Part shown: in pieces, positions 30,381 to 40,360 of the stretch
Numbering within the stretch: position 1 is the first letter of the stretch
Layout of the letters: every line of letters begins with the position of its first letter
DNA from: Anaeromyxobacteraceae bacterium
GTDB lineage: Bacteria > Myxococcota > Myxococcia > Myxococcales > Anaeromyxobacteraceae
Direction of reading: 5' to 3'
NCBI GenBank assembly: GCA_047602405.1
Contig: JASGHJ010000002.1
Location: forward strand, 3,328,001 to 3,392,000
DNA: 64,000 nt
Program-made: the position numbers and the translations under genes
The notes under the pieces: model-generated
Told to the model about the DNA's origin: nothing
Databases searched by the model: none
The model's input: only the letters and a program-made list of their open reading frames with translations

Positions 30381-32371
30381 GTGACCCTGCGCCAGCTCCG
30401 GGAGGCCGTGCTCGGTTCGGACCGGGACGCCGGGGACCCCAGGGTCCTCGAGAGCATCACGGTGGGCGTCGTCATGGCGTGGATCGCCATGGGCGGCGAC
30501 CTCCTCGGCTCGTGCGTGTACGGCCCCGACGTCCTCACCCGCACGAGCGGCGGCAACCGCTCGGTGCTCGTGGTGGCCGGCCTCGCGACGGTGGTCACCC
30601 TCGGCGTGCTCGCGTACGCGTACACGCGGATGGTGGCCCACTTCCCGCATGGCGGGGGCGGCTACACCGCGGCGAAGCACGTGGTGAGCGAGAAGCTGGC
30701 GCTCGTCTCGGGCGTCGCGCTCGTGTTCGACGCGGGCTTCAACGTGGCGGTCTCGGTCGTCGCCTGCGTGGAGGCGGCCGCGGCGATGCTGCCGCCCGCG
30801 TGGAGCGCCGCGCGGCTCCCCCTCGCGCTCGGGCTCGTGGCGGTGCTCGCGTTCCTCAACCTCCGCGGGGTGAAGGAGTCGGTCGCGGTGCTCGTCCCCA
30901 TCGTGATCGCGTTCGTCGGCTCTCACGCGCTCGTGCTGGGACTCGCCATCGCCGAGCGGGCGGGCGCGCTGCCGGAGGTGATCGGCCGCGTCCCCGCCGA
31001 CCTCGGGGCGCTCGCGGGCGAGCAGGGCTCCTGGGGCGCGCTCGGCACGGTGCTCCGCGCCTACGCGCTCGGCGGCGCGATCTACACCGGGCTCGAGTCG
31101 GTCTCGAACGGCGTGCCGCTGCTCCGCGAGCCCAAGGTCCGCTCCGCGCGCCGGACCATGGCGCTCGTCGCGGGGATCCCGGCGCTCATCATCACGGTCA
31201 TCCTGGCCGCGTTCGTCCTGTACGGCGTCGCCCCCGAGGGTGACCGGCCGATGAACGCCATCCTCCTCCAGCACGTGTCGGCGATCCTCCCCGAGGGCCC
31301 CTGGCGGACGCTCGCGGTCTCGGTCCCGCTCGCCGCCGAGGCGGCGCTCCTCCTCATGGCCGCGCAGACGGGCTTCGTGGACGGCCCCCGCATCCTGGGC
31401 GCGCTCGCGACCGACCGGTTCCTCCCGAAGCGGCTCACGCGCCTCAACGGCCGGCTCGCGCCGGCGCCCGGCATCCTGGTGGTCGCGGCCATCGCCCTCG
31501 CCGCCGTCGGCGTGACCGGCGGCCGGCTCGAGCCGCTCATCGCGGTCTTCGTGGTGAGCGTCTTCGTGACCTTCTCCTTCAGCCAGTGGACGATGCTGAA
31601 GCACGCGCTGCGCCGGCGGCACCTCGGCACGCCCTGGCGGCCCGACGCGACGACCCACGCCGTGGGGCTCGCGCTCTGCCTGCGTGATCCTCGGCGGGAG
31701 CGTCGCGACCTGGCGCGCCGGCTCGGCGGTCGCGCTCAGCCTCGTGGCCGCGACGACCGCGCTCGCGCTCGCGATCCGGCGCCGCTACCGGGACCTCGCC
31801 CGGGCGGAGCAGCGGGTCGGCGCCGAGGCCACCCCGCCGGTCCTCCCGCCGGAGCGGCAGGGCCCGGAGGTGGCGCCGGGCCGGCTCATCGCGCGGGACG
31901 CCCCGGTGGCGATCCTCGTCCTCGGCGATCGCGCCGCCTACGCTCGCTTCGCGCTCGCGTGGCTCGCCCGGCGCGTGAACGGCCTGGGGGGCATCGTGCT
32001 CACGAGCATCGCGCTCCTCGACGCGGAAGCCGTGCAGGGCGAGGAGCAGCTGCGCGCGACCGAGCAGGACCGGCGGCGCCGCCTCGAGGAGGCCGCGGCC
32101 GACGTGCGCCGGGCGGGGCTGCCGGTCGCGATCGAGCTCCGGCGCGGGGCCGACGTCGTCGAGACCGCCGCGCGCACCGTGGGGGATCTCCTCCGCGGCC
32201 GGTCCGCGGAGAGCCTCGTGCTCGGCTTCCGCTCGGCGCCGGAGGGCTCGGCGGTGGACCCGCTCCTGCGCGACGACCTGGCGGTGCGGCTGCAGGCGCG
32301 GCTGCTCGCGGACGGGATCTCGATGGCGGTGGTCTCCGTGCCGCTCGAGAATCGCGCCGGCGGGCGCCTGA
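30381..32371 (+). CDS. APC-superfamily transporter (KimA/YdaO-like), +1 frameshifts at about 31682 and 32350
   Basis: GDLLGSCVYGPD, FPHGGGGY, TGLESVSNGVP, AQTGFVDGPR; correcting GAATC to GATC at 32349 gives a TGA stop at 32369-32371. Confidence 0.82.
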
Positions 32372-32436
32372 ACGAGACCGCCCGCCCTGGCGCGGCTGGC
32401 CAGGGCGGGCGGGGAACCGGCGGGGGATGGAGGGGA

Positions 32437-33879
32437 CTACAGGGACGGGAGGGTGGCCGGGGCCTTCGCGCCGAGCGGGGGCGCGCCGCCCGGCGCACCG
32501 ACCGGGAGCGGGCCCGCGTCGGTGGAGTAGCCGATGACGCCCATCTCCGGGATGTCGAGGCCGGCCACCTCGTCCTCGAGCGGGACGCGGTGCGCGGTGA
32601 CCTTGCCGATGAGCCACCACGCGAGCGCGGCCACGGGGGCGACGTACGCCACGTTCGCGAGCACGCCGATGACGTCCGCCGCGAACTGGCCGGCGTCGCC
32701 GTAGAGCAGGCCCGTCACCTTGCCGGCGACGCCGTTCAGGCCCTCGCCGTAGGTGCCGTTCGCGAAGATGCCCGTCGCGAGCGCGCCGAACAGGCCGTTG
32801 ACGCCGTGGACGGCGGAGGCGCCGACCGGATCGTCGATCTTGAGCTTCGAGTCGATGAAGACCGCCGCGACGACCACGAGCACGCCGGCGATGGCGCCGA
32901 TGAGGGCGGCCGCCCACGAGGAGACGAAGGCGCACGGGGCGGTGATGGCGACCAGGCCGGCGAGCATGCCGTTCGCGAGCCAGGACGGGTCCGGCTTCCC
33001 GAACTTCGCGACCACGAAGAGGTACGCCGCGAACGCGCCGGTCGCGCCGGCGATCATCGTGTTGGTCGCGACGACGGCGAGGCGGGTGTCCATGCCGGAG
33101 AGCGTCGAGCCGGCGTTGAAGCCGAACCAGCCGAACGCGAGGATGAACGTGCCGAGCATGACCTGCGGGATGGAGTGCGGCGCGATCGGGTGGATGGAGC
33201 CGTCCGGGCGGTACTTGCCGGCGCGGGGCCCGATGAGCTTCGCGATGACGAGCGCCATCACGCCGCCGGTGAGGTGCACGACCGAGGAGCCGGCGAAGTC
33301 GACGTGGCCATGGCCGAGGCCGAAGTTGGCGCCCAGCTGCGAGAGCCAGCCGCCGCCCCAGACCCAGTTCGCGTAGACCGGGTAGATGATGGTCGAGATC
33401 ACGAACGAGAAGAGGACGAAGGAGGTGAACTTCCAGCGCTCGGCCGCCGCGCCGGTCGGGATGGTGCAGGTCGTGTCCATGAAGCACATCTGGAAGAGGA
33501 ACGTCGTCGCGACGCCCGCCGTGAACATGTCGGTCGGGAGCATGAAGCCCGACATGCCGAAGAGCCCGAAGGGCTTCCCGGCGATCTCGATCACGAACTC
33601 CTTCGCGAGCAGCGGCTGCTCGCCGAACACCGCGCCGACGCCGCCCATCTGCAGGCCGAAGCCGATGAAGTAGAAGCCGATGATGCCGATCGAGTAGACG
33701 AGGAAGTTCATCGTCATGGTGTGCGCGGCATTCTTCGCGCGCGTGAGGCCGGTCTCGACGAGGGCGAAGCCGGCCTGCATGAACATGACGAGGAAGCCGG
33801 CCACCATCGTCCAGACGATGTTGAGGGCCGTCTGCGTGTCGGCGAGGTTCTTCGCCAGATCCGCGACCGTGGGTTCCAT
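32437..33879 (-). CDS. amtB: Ammonium transporter
   Basis: FMQAGFALVETG, DFAGSSVVH, FGWFGFNAGS, IDDPVGASAVHG. Confidence 0.95.
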   Translation of the reverse strand: MEPTVADLAKNLADTQTALNIVWTMVAGFLVMFMQAGFALVETGLTRAKNAAHTMTMNFLVYSIGIIGFYFIGFGLQMGGVGAVFGEQPLLAKEFVIEIAGKPFGLFGMSGFMLPTDMFTAGVATTFLFQMCFMDTTCTIPTGAAAERWKFTSFVLFSFVISTIIYPVYANWVWGGGWLSQLGANFGLGHGHVDFAGSSVVHLTGGVMALVIAKLIGPRAGKYRPDGSIHPIAPHSIPQVMLGTFILAFGWFGFNAGSTLSGMDTRLAVVATNTMIAGATGAFAAYLFVVAKFGKPDPSWLANGMLAGLVAITAPCAFVSSWAAALIGAIAGVLVVVAAVFIDSKLKIDDPVGASAVHGVNGLFGALATGIFANGTYGEGLNGVAGKVTGLLYGDAGQFAADVIGVLANVAYVAPVAALAWWLIGKVTAHRVPLEDEVAGLDIPEMGVIGYSTDAGPLPVGAPGGAPPLGAKAPATLPSL

Positions 33880-33949
33880 GGGGTAAGACTCCGTCGCTCC
33901 CGGGCCAGTCCGGGTCGGTGGTGAGGGTGGCGTTGCGGGACGGTGTCAG

Positions 33950-33965
33950 TGCAGCGGGCGTGCCG
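33950..33965 (-). promoter_or_regulatory. Sigma-54 (-24/-12) promoter of amtB
   Basis: Minus strand CGGCACGCCCGCTGCA (GG-N10-GC), 70 nt upstream of amtB; fits Ntr-type nitrogen control. Confidence 0.7.
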
Positions 33966-34163
33966 CGGGTGCGGATCGGCCCCGGACGCCCGGTCTGCGC
34001 GAACGCCGGGCAGGACGGCGTCGCCCGCTGCCCGCGAGCCGGGCAACCTCCGCCGGATCGTGACGGCGCGCGCGCGCGGGGAAGCCCGCGGGACGGGATC
34101 GGCCTGCCCGGAGGACGCGCAGCGGCGGCGCCGGAGCGGCCGGCTGCCGGGCCAGGCGCGGCG

Positions 34164-35552
34164 TCAGCCCAGGTGCCGGACGAGCTCCCTGCGCACGATC
34201 TGGCGCGAGGCATCGTCCGGGGCGACCGGCAGGGCCCGCTCGAGCATCTCGGCGGCCTTGCGGCGGAAGCCGCGCTCCTCGTAGAGCGCCGCGAGCGCGC
34301 GCAGGGCCGCGAAGTGCGGGCGGAGCTCGGTCGCGCGCTCGAGCGCGGTCATGGCCCGGAAGTGCTCGCCCTTCGCGCGCCACGCGCGGCCCAGCTGGTA
34401 GTGGGCGTCCGCCGACCAGGCGTTCGCCTTCGTGGCCTGCTCGAGCGCCTCGACGGCCTCGGGGATCTGCCCGGCGGCGAGGAGCTCCCGGCCCTTCGAG
34501 AGCGCGGCGTCGCCCTCCGCGCTCGACGAGCGGCGTGCCTCGGTGGCGTCGATGGCGGACTCGGTGCGGCGGAGCAGGTCCTCGAGCCGGAACGGCTTCT
34601 CGAGGTAGTCCTCGGCGCCGTAGCTCTCGCGGACGTCCTGCGCGAAGCGCCAGCCGCGGTAGATGGCGGTCATCATGATGACCGGCACCTGGCGGGTGCG
34701 CGGGCTCGCCTTGAGCCGGCGGCAGGCCTCGAAGCCGTGCAGGCGCGGGAGCATCGCGTCGAGCAGCACGAGGTCGGGGACCACCGCCTCGGCCTTCTCG
34801 ACGGCCTCCTGGCCGTCGGCCGCGGTCTCGACCGCGTAGCCCTTCGCCTGGAGCGTGCGGGAGACGAGGAGGCGGATCTCCGGCTCGTCGTCGACCACGA
34901 GCACGAGGCGCTTGCCGTCGGGCCGGGCCGGCAGGGACGGGTCGGGTGGGACCTCGATCTCGACCTCGGCCATCGGCTGCAGCGCGTCGGCGGCGACGGG
35001 CAGGTCGGCGTCGAGGTCGAGGTCGAGGAGGTCGACGTCGCTCGTGACCTCCGGGGTGGCGGTGAGCGCGAGCCCGGCGCCCTCCCCCGCGGCCGCGCCG
35101 CGCCAGGTGAGCCCGCCGGCCTCCCGCGCGTCGTAGGCCTCCCGGATGGCGCGGACGAGCGCGGAGTGCACCGCGACGTAGCTCGACACCTCGCGGCCGG
35201 TGACGAAGCGGACCTCGCCGAGCGTCTGCTCGTCGAAGGGCTCGCTCATCGCGAGGTGCAGCCGGCCGCCCTCGAGCGACACCGGCAGCATGGTGTCGCC
35301 CTCGGCGACCGCGCGCGGGACGTACTCGAGCAGCGTGAGATCGAGGGCCGAGCGGGAGAGGTCGATGCCGGGGACGCCGTGCCGCGCGGACAGCGCCTCG
35401 GCGAGCCGCGCCTCGGGGACGCCGTCCTCGAGCAGCGCCGAGCAGAGCGGCACGCCGGCCGCTCTCGCGGCCCCGAGCGCGCGCTCCACGTGGTCGCGGG
35501 TCGCGATGCCCCGCTCCACGATCACATCGCCGATGCGGACGGTCGTCGCCAA
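34164..35552 (-). CDS. Response regulator with N-terminal MshEN/GspE-N domain and C-terminal TPRs
   Basis: RIGDVIVERG...LHLAMSEP; LVVDDEP...LLDAMLPRLHG...YLEKP; AHYQLGRA. Confidence 0.85.
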   Translation of the reverse strand: MATTVRIGDVIVERGIATRDHVERALGAARAAGVPLCSALLEDGVPEARLAEALSARHGVPGIDLSRSALDLTLLEYVPRAVAEGDTMLPVSLEGGRLHLAMSEPFDEQTLGEVRFVTGREVSSYVAVHSALVRAIREAYDAREAGGLTWRGAAAGEGAGLALTATPEVTSDVDLLDLDLDADLPVAADALQPMAEVEIEVPPDPSLPARPDGKRLVLVVDDEPEIRLLVSRTLQAKGYAVETAADGQEAVEKAEAVVPDLVLLDAMLPRLHGFEACRRLKASPRTRQVPVIMMTAIYRGWRFAQDVRESYGAEDYLEKPFRLEDLLRRTESAIDATEARRSSSAEGDAALSKGRELLAAGQIPEAVEALEQATKANAWSADAHYQLGRAWRAKGEHFRAMTALERATELRPHFAALRALAALYEERGFRRKAAEMLERALPVAPDDASRQIVRRELVRHLG

Positions 35553-35651
35553 GCTTCCCTCCGGACGGACAGTCTACGCCCGCCCGGCGCCGGCCTTCCG
35601 TCCCAGGTTCGCGGCCGTGGGCGTTCCTCCCCCACGCCGGGCGTCCCTCGA

Positions 35652-36311
35652 TCACCCGACGGTGTCGGCGTAGGTCATCACGAGGTACAGCACGCTCTCG
35701 CCGCCCGCGCGGTTCCGGTACACGTGCGGGCGGTCCGCCTCGAAGACGATCGCATCGCCGGCGGAGAGCAGCTCCTTCTTGCCCTCGACCTCGATCTCCA
35801 CGGCCCCGGAGGCCACGACGAGGTTCTCGGTCGTGCCGGGGTTGTGGGCGTCCGCCTTCTCGACCCCGCCGGACGCGAGGCGCAGCTCGTAGAACTCGAC
35901 CCGGCGCGGCTCGTCGAACGGGAAGAGCGCCCGGGAGCTGAAGGAGCCGTCGGCGCTGCGGAGCAGCTTCGCCTGATCGGCGCGCAGCACGTGGGGGCCG
36001 GCGGACCCGCGGGCGCTGATGAGGGCCGAGAACGGCACGCCCAGGGCGGACGAGATCTTCCAGAGGACGTTGATGGTCGGGGCGCTCTGGCCGAGCTCGA
36101 TCTGCCCGAGCATGGCGCGCGACACGCCGGAGAGCTGGGAGAGCCGCTCGAGCGAGAGGCCGCGGTGGCTGCGCAGGCGGCGCAGGTTGCCGCCGACGAT
36201 GGGGGTGAGGTCCTGGGCCGGCGGGGGCGCGCCCTCGCGCTCCGGGGTGGGCCCCGCCGCCGGCCGGGTCGCCGCCCGGCGCCGCTTCGTCGTCTCCCGC
36301 GCGTTCTTCAT
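35652..36311 (-). CDS. XRE-family HTH plus cupin transcriptional regulator
   Basis: GNLRRLR...SGVSRAMLGQIELGQSAPTINVLWKI; GDAIVFEADRPHVYRN. Confidence 0.92.
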   Translation of the reverse strand: MKNARETTKRRRAATRPAAGPTPEREGAPPPAQDLTPIVGGNLRRLRSHRGLSLERLSQLSGVSRAMLGQIELGQSAPTINVLWKISSALGVPFSALISARGSAGPHVLRADQAKLLRSADGSFSSRALFPFDEPRRVEFYELRLASGGVEKADAHNPGTTENLVVASGAVEIEVEGKKELLSAGDAIVFEADRPHVYRNRAGGESVLYLVMTYADTVG

Positions 36312-36342
36312 GGGGACGAGGTTTTCCGTTACAACGGAGGCC

Positions 36343-37353
36343 TTGTCAACGCACGAGACCGCCCGCGGCCCCTGGCGGCTGACCCTCGTCACGAACCCGG
36401 ACGACTGTAACCTCGCGTGCGCGATGTGCCCCTGCTCGGCCCCGCGCCCCGCAGCCCGGCCGCGCAGGATGGATCCCGCGCTCGCGCTCGCCCTCCTCGA
36501 CGAGCGGCGGGGCTCCCACCTCGTGGAGGTCATCCCCTCCACGATGGGCGAGCCGCTCCTCTGGGCGGGCCTGCCGGCCCTCCTGGACCGCTGCGCCACC
36601 CTCGGCTTCGCCGTGAACCTCACCACGAACGGTACCTGGCCGGGGCTCGGGGTGGCCGGATGGGCGGCGAAGCTGCTCCCGGTCCTGTCCGACGTGAAGG
36701 TCTCCTGGAACGCCGCGACGCGGGCGACCGCCGCCGTCGTGATGCAGGGCCTCGACCTCGCGCGCGCCGAGGCGGACCTCGCGACCTGGGCCGGCCTGCG
36801 CGACGCCCACGCCGCCGCGGGCCACCGCCGCCCGACGCTGTCGTTGCAGGTCACCGTCCAGCGCGCGAACGTGGACGAGGTCCCCGCGATCGTCGCGCTC
36901 GCGGCGCGCCTCCGGGTGGACCGGGTGAAGCTGAACCACGTGCAGCCGCGCCCGGGGCTCGCCGTGACGACGGAAGGCTCCCTGCTCCGCGACGCGCGCG
37001 GCCTCGCGCGCTGGAACCGCGCCGTGGAGGCCGCCCACCGCGCCGCGGAGGCCTCGGCGAGGAACGGCTGGCCGCTGCGCGTCGAGAACGCGGTCCCGCT
37101 CCGCGAGGACCCGGACGACCGGGTCACGAGGGGCCGGTGCCCGTTCCTGGGCAGGGAGGCCTTCGTCCACTTCGACGGCCGCCTCGCCCCCTGCCCTCAC
37201 CCGGAGGCCGCCGCGCTCGGCGCCCTCGGCTCGGTGGCGGACGCGCCGCTCGGAGACCTCTGGGAGTCGGAGGCGTTCCGCGCGCTGCGCGACGGCTGGC
37301 CCTCCCACCCGCTCTGCCGGGCCTGCGCCTTCCGGGCGCCGGGCGGGGCGTGA
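36343..37353 (+). CDS. Radical SAM enzyme with SPASM/twitch domain
   Basis: CNLACAMC, GEPLL, TTNGT; CPFL...DGRLAPC...CRAC; TTG start after GGAGG. Confidence 0.88.
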   Translation: MSTHETARGPWRLTLVTNPDDCNLACAMCPCSAPRPAARPRRMDPALALALLDERRGSHLVEVIPSTMGEPLLWAGLPALLDRCATLGFAVNLTTNGTWPGLGVAGWAAKLLPVLSDVKVSWNAATRATAAVVMQGLDLARAEADLATWAGLRDAHAAAGHRRPTLSLQVTVQRANVDEVPAIVALAARLRVDRVKLNHVQPRPGLAVTTEGSLLRDARGLARWNRAVEAAHRAAEASARNGWPLRVENAVPLREDPDDRVTRGRCPFLGREAFVHFDGRLAPCPHPEAAALGALGSVADAPLGDLWESEAFRALRDGWPSHPLCRACAFRAPGGA

Positions 37354-37368
37354 ACACGCGTGCCCCCG

Positions 37369-37519
37369 CCGTGGGCATCGGTGTCCGTGGGAGCCCTCCC
37401 CGTGGGCATCGGTGTCCGTGGGAGCCCTCACCGTGGGCATTGGTGTCCGTGGGAGCCCTCCCCGTGGGCATCGGTGTCCGTGGGAGCCCTCGCCGTGGGC
37501 ATCGGTGTTCGTGGGAGCC
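37369..37519. repeat. 31-bp tandem repeat, about 4.9 copies
   Basis: CCGTGGGCATCGGTGTCCGTGGGAGCCCTCN starting at 37369, 37400, 37431, 37462 and 37493; no spacers. Confidence 0.95.
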
Positions 37520-37762
37520 AAACGGGCCTCCGCGACAGCGCTTGCTCGGACGGGTTTGAGACGGAACAGATCGCCGGAACCGTGGCTGTTCCACGGCGGT
37601 GATCGCGCAGCACGCCTGCGGACCATGTGCGCGTGACGGCGTCGTGCGCTCGAGCGCACGGCGCCGTCCCCGCGCGATGGTTCCTTGGCCTGCATTGCGA
37701 GATGTGGAGACGGTACCTCGCCCGTCGCTCGCTGCGCGCTGCTGCGGAGGCCCGTATGGCTC
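37515..37762. repeat. 248-nt structured element, unit A
   Basis: Closed by GAGCCAAACGGGCCTCCGC / GCGGAGGCCCGTATGGCTC (18/19 complementary); inverted homolog at 37937-38184. Confidence 0.85.
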
Positions 37763-37936
37763 TCGGGCGTGGAGGACTGACGTCGGCCGTGACTGCTGGG
37801 TGCTGATGAACGACCAACGATGGACGATGGGCGATGGGCGATGGGCGTGTGGCAGTTTGCCCGCCGCATCTTCTTCACCATCAGTTCCGCACTTGCACCC
37901 CAGCATCATCGGCCGGCCTCAGGCCGCTACCTCCGA

Positions 37937-38184
37937 GGGCGAAACGGGCCTCCGCAGCGGCGCGCAGCGAGCGACGGGCGAGGTTCCGTCTCCACATCTG
38001 GGCATTGCAGGCCAAGCGACGAGGGCGTGTGACGGCGCCTGGCGCTGCGCGCAAGGCGTCGTCGCGCGCAACTCGCGTGCAGGCCTGCTGCCACGATCAC
38101 CGCCCTGGAACAGCAACGGTTCCGGCGATCTGTTCCGTCCCAAACCCGTCCGAGCAAGCGCCGTCGCGGAGGCGCGTTTCGCCC
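37937..38184. repeat. 248-nt structured element, unit B (inverted relative to A)
   Basis: Closed by GGGCGAAACGGGCCTCCGC / GCGGAGGCGCGTTTCGCCC (18/19 complementary). Confidence 0.85.
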
Positions 38185-38212
38185 CCACGGCACCGACCGC
38201 CGTCGACCGCTC

Positions 38213-38240
38213 GTCCTTCGACGAGCTCAGGACGAACGGG
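38213..38240 (+). repeat. REP-like repeat, short copy 3
   Basis: GTCCTTCGACGAGCTCAGGACGAACGGG shares the GTCC..TCG...GCTC.GGACGAACGG frame with copies 1 and 2. Confidence 0.6.
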
Positions 38241-38267
38241 CACGGGCGAACGGAGAGGGCCCCCGCC

Positions 38268-38913
38268 TCACGCCCGCTCGACGCGGATCGCGTCCTCGAG
38301 CTCGTTCACGGGCGGCGTCGCCGCGCCGGGCTCGCGGGGGAAATGCACCGCCAGGCGGGCTCCGCAGAGCGCGATGGCCTCGACGAACCCGCCGGCGGGG
38401 TCGCCGGTCCCGAGCCGGGCCGTGAGCGCGCGGACGGCCTCGCTCCAGCCCGCCTCGCCAATCTTCTCGTGGATGCCGCGGTCGCCGAGGACGATCGCCT
38501 CGCGCTCGAAGACCGAGGCGAACACGAGCACGCCGGTGCCCTCGGCCGTCCGGTGCAGGCCGTGCTCGTGGAAGGCGCGCAGCGCCCGGGCGTGCACGGC
38601 CTCGTCCATGGAGCGCCGCCCCGCGAGGACCCGCTCGAATCGGATCCCATGCGCCGAGGAGGACGCCCAGGAACCCCGCGGCGAGCTGGACCGCGACGAG
38701 GCCCACCACGCCACCCTCGGGGTGCAGCACGAGCCACAGCCCGGTCGCGAGCGCCCCGAGGGCGAGGCCGCCGCGGGCCCGCGTCTCCGGGTAGGGGTCG
38801 CTCTTCTCGACCACCACCGGCACGATCTGCCCGCGCGAGAGCGCCTCCGCGCGGCGCACCGCCTCCTGCACCCGCGCCCGATCGGCGTCGCCGAAGGCCC
38901 TGTCGAAGTCCAC
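38268..38913 (-). CDS. TPM-domain membrane protein (+1 frameshift at about 38638)
   Basis: AVRRAEALSRGQIVPVV; GLHRTAEGTGVLVF...LGDRGI...NELED. Confidence 0.85.
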
Positions 38914-38924
38914 GCGCGCGCCTC

Positions 38925-39696
38925 CTACCAGCGCCCCGAGGCGCCACCGCCCGAGAACCCGCCGCCACCTCCGGACCAGCCGCCGCCGCCGCCCCCGCCG
39001 CCGAAGCCGCCGAACCCGCCGCCGCCGATCCAGGGGCCGCCGCCACCCCACCAGAACCGGCGCCGGCGCCGGCCGAAGCCGAACACGCCGCGCAGCACCG
39101 AGGTGAGGACGATGAACGCGAGGAACGCCGCGAGCGGGAACTGCCCCGGGCGGCGCGCCGGCTGCGACCGCCGCGGCGCGGGGAGGTCCTGGACGGAGGC
39201 GCCGAGCGCGCTCAGGATTCTGGTGGCCCGCGTCGAAGAGGCCGTCGCCGTAGCGCCCCTCGCGGAAGGCCGGCGCGATCGCGTTGCGGATGATGCGGGA
39301 CGACTGCACGTCGGTGAGCGCGCCCTCGATGCCGCCGCCCACCTCGATGCGGACCGCCCGGTCCTGGACGGCGACCACCACGAGCACGCCGTCGTCGCAA
39401 TCCCGCGTCCCGAGCCGCCAGGCCTCCGCGACGCGCATCGAGAACGCCTCGATGGCCTCACCCTCGGTGGTCGGCACGAGCAGGAGCTGGAGCTGCGGAC
39501 CGGCGCCGCCGTTCGAGGCCTTGCCCGCGCGGGCGAGCTCCTCGAGGCGGGCGACGTCGGCGCGCGCCAGCACGCCCGCGCGGTCGACGACCGGGCCGGT
39601 GAGGGCCGGGACCGCGACCTCCGCGCGTGCCGGCCCGGCGGCGAGCGCCGCGAGGGCGAGCGCGCCCGCGGCCGCGAGGGTGCCGAGGCTGCGCAT
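38925..39696 (-). CDS. TPM-domain protein with Gly-rich tail (+1 frameshift at about 39218)
   Basis: VVDRAGVL, DDGVLVVVA..DRAVRIEVG.GIEG.LTD, GGGGFSGGGASGRW. Confidence 0.88.
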
Positions 39697-39707
39697 CGGG
39701 CGCGCCG

Positions 39708-40298
39708 TCACTTCCCGAAGTTGACCTTCGGGGCCTCGGCCGCGTTCGCGGTCGTGGCCGTGAACTGCGGCTTGGGCTGCTTGTGGTACATGAGCCCGTT
39801 CGTCCAGCTGGTGGGCGGCACGGTCACGAGGTTGTTGAAGCCCTGCACCTGCTCGATGTACCGGCGGCGGGCGGTGGCGATCCGGTTCTCGGTGCCCTCG
39901 AGCTGCGCCTGCAGGTCGCGGAAGTTCTCGTTGGCCTTGAGCTGCGGGTAGTTCTCGGCGACCGCGAGGAGCCGCCCGAGCGCGCCGCCGAGCTCCTGCT
40001 GGGCGGCCTCGAACTTCTTCAGGTTCTCGGGGGAGAGCTGGTCGGCGGTGATGTTCACCTGGGTGGCCCGCGCGCGGGCGGCCACGACCGCCTCGAGCGT
40101 CTCCCGCTCGTGGGCCGCGTAGGCCTTCACCGTCTCGACGAGGTTCGGCACGAGGTCCGCGCGGCGCTGGTACTGGTTCTCCGTCTCCGCCCAGGCGGCG
40201 GCGACGGCGTTCTCGGCCTGCGGGATCGACTGGAGCCCGCAGCCGGCGAGCAGGACGGCCGCGACGGGGACGGCGAGCCACGAACGGGTGCTGGTCAT
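39708..40298 (-). CDS. lemA: LemA family protein
   Basis: YQRRADLVPNLVETVK, ENYPQLKANENF, LEGTENRIATAR. Confidence 0.95.
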   Translation of the reverse strand: MTSTRSWLAVPVAAVLLAGCGLQSIPQAENAVAAAWAETENQYQRRADLVPNLVETVKAYAAHERETLEAVVAARARATQVNITADQLSPENLKKFEAAQQELGGALGRLLAVAENYPQLKANENFRDLQAQLEGTENRIATARRRYIEQVQGFNNLVTVPPTSWTNGLMYHKQPKPQFTATTANAAEAPKVNFGK

Positions 40299-40360
40299 GC
40301 GGCCAAGCTAACGCACCCCGGAGAAGGCGCAAGCGGCGATACGGCGCGGCGGGGTTCCCC

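Noticed and set aside
31684..33924. APC transporter C-terminus overlapping the whole amtB gene
   Set aside because: Artefact of the extra base at about 32350; the corrected stop is at 32371
37369..37519. CRISPR array
   Set aside because: The 31-bp units are contiguous with no unique spacers, and there are no cas genes in the window
37350..37559. 69-aa ORF overlapping the radical SAM stop as a RiPP precursor
   Set aside because: It is simply the 31-bp repeat (not a multiple of 3) read through rotating frames, and the repeat is explained as an element end
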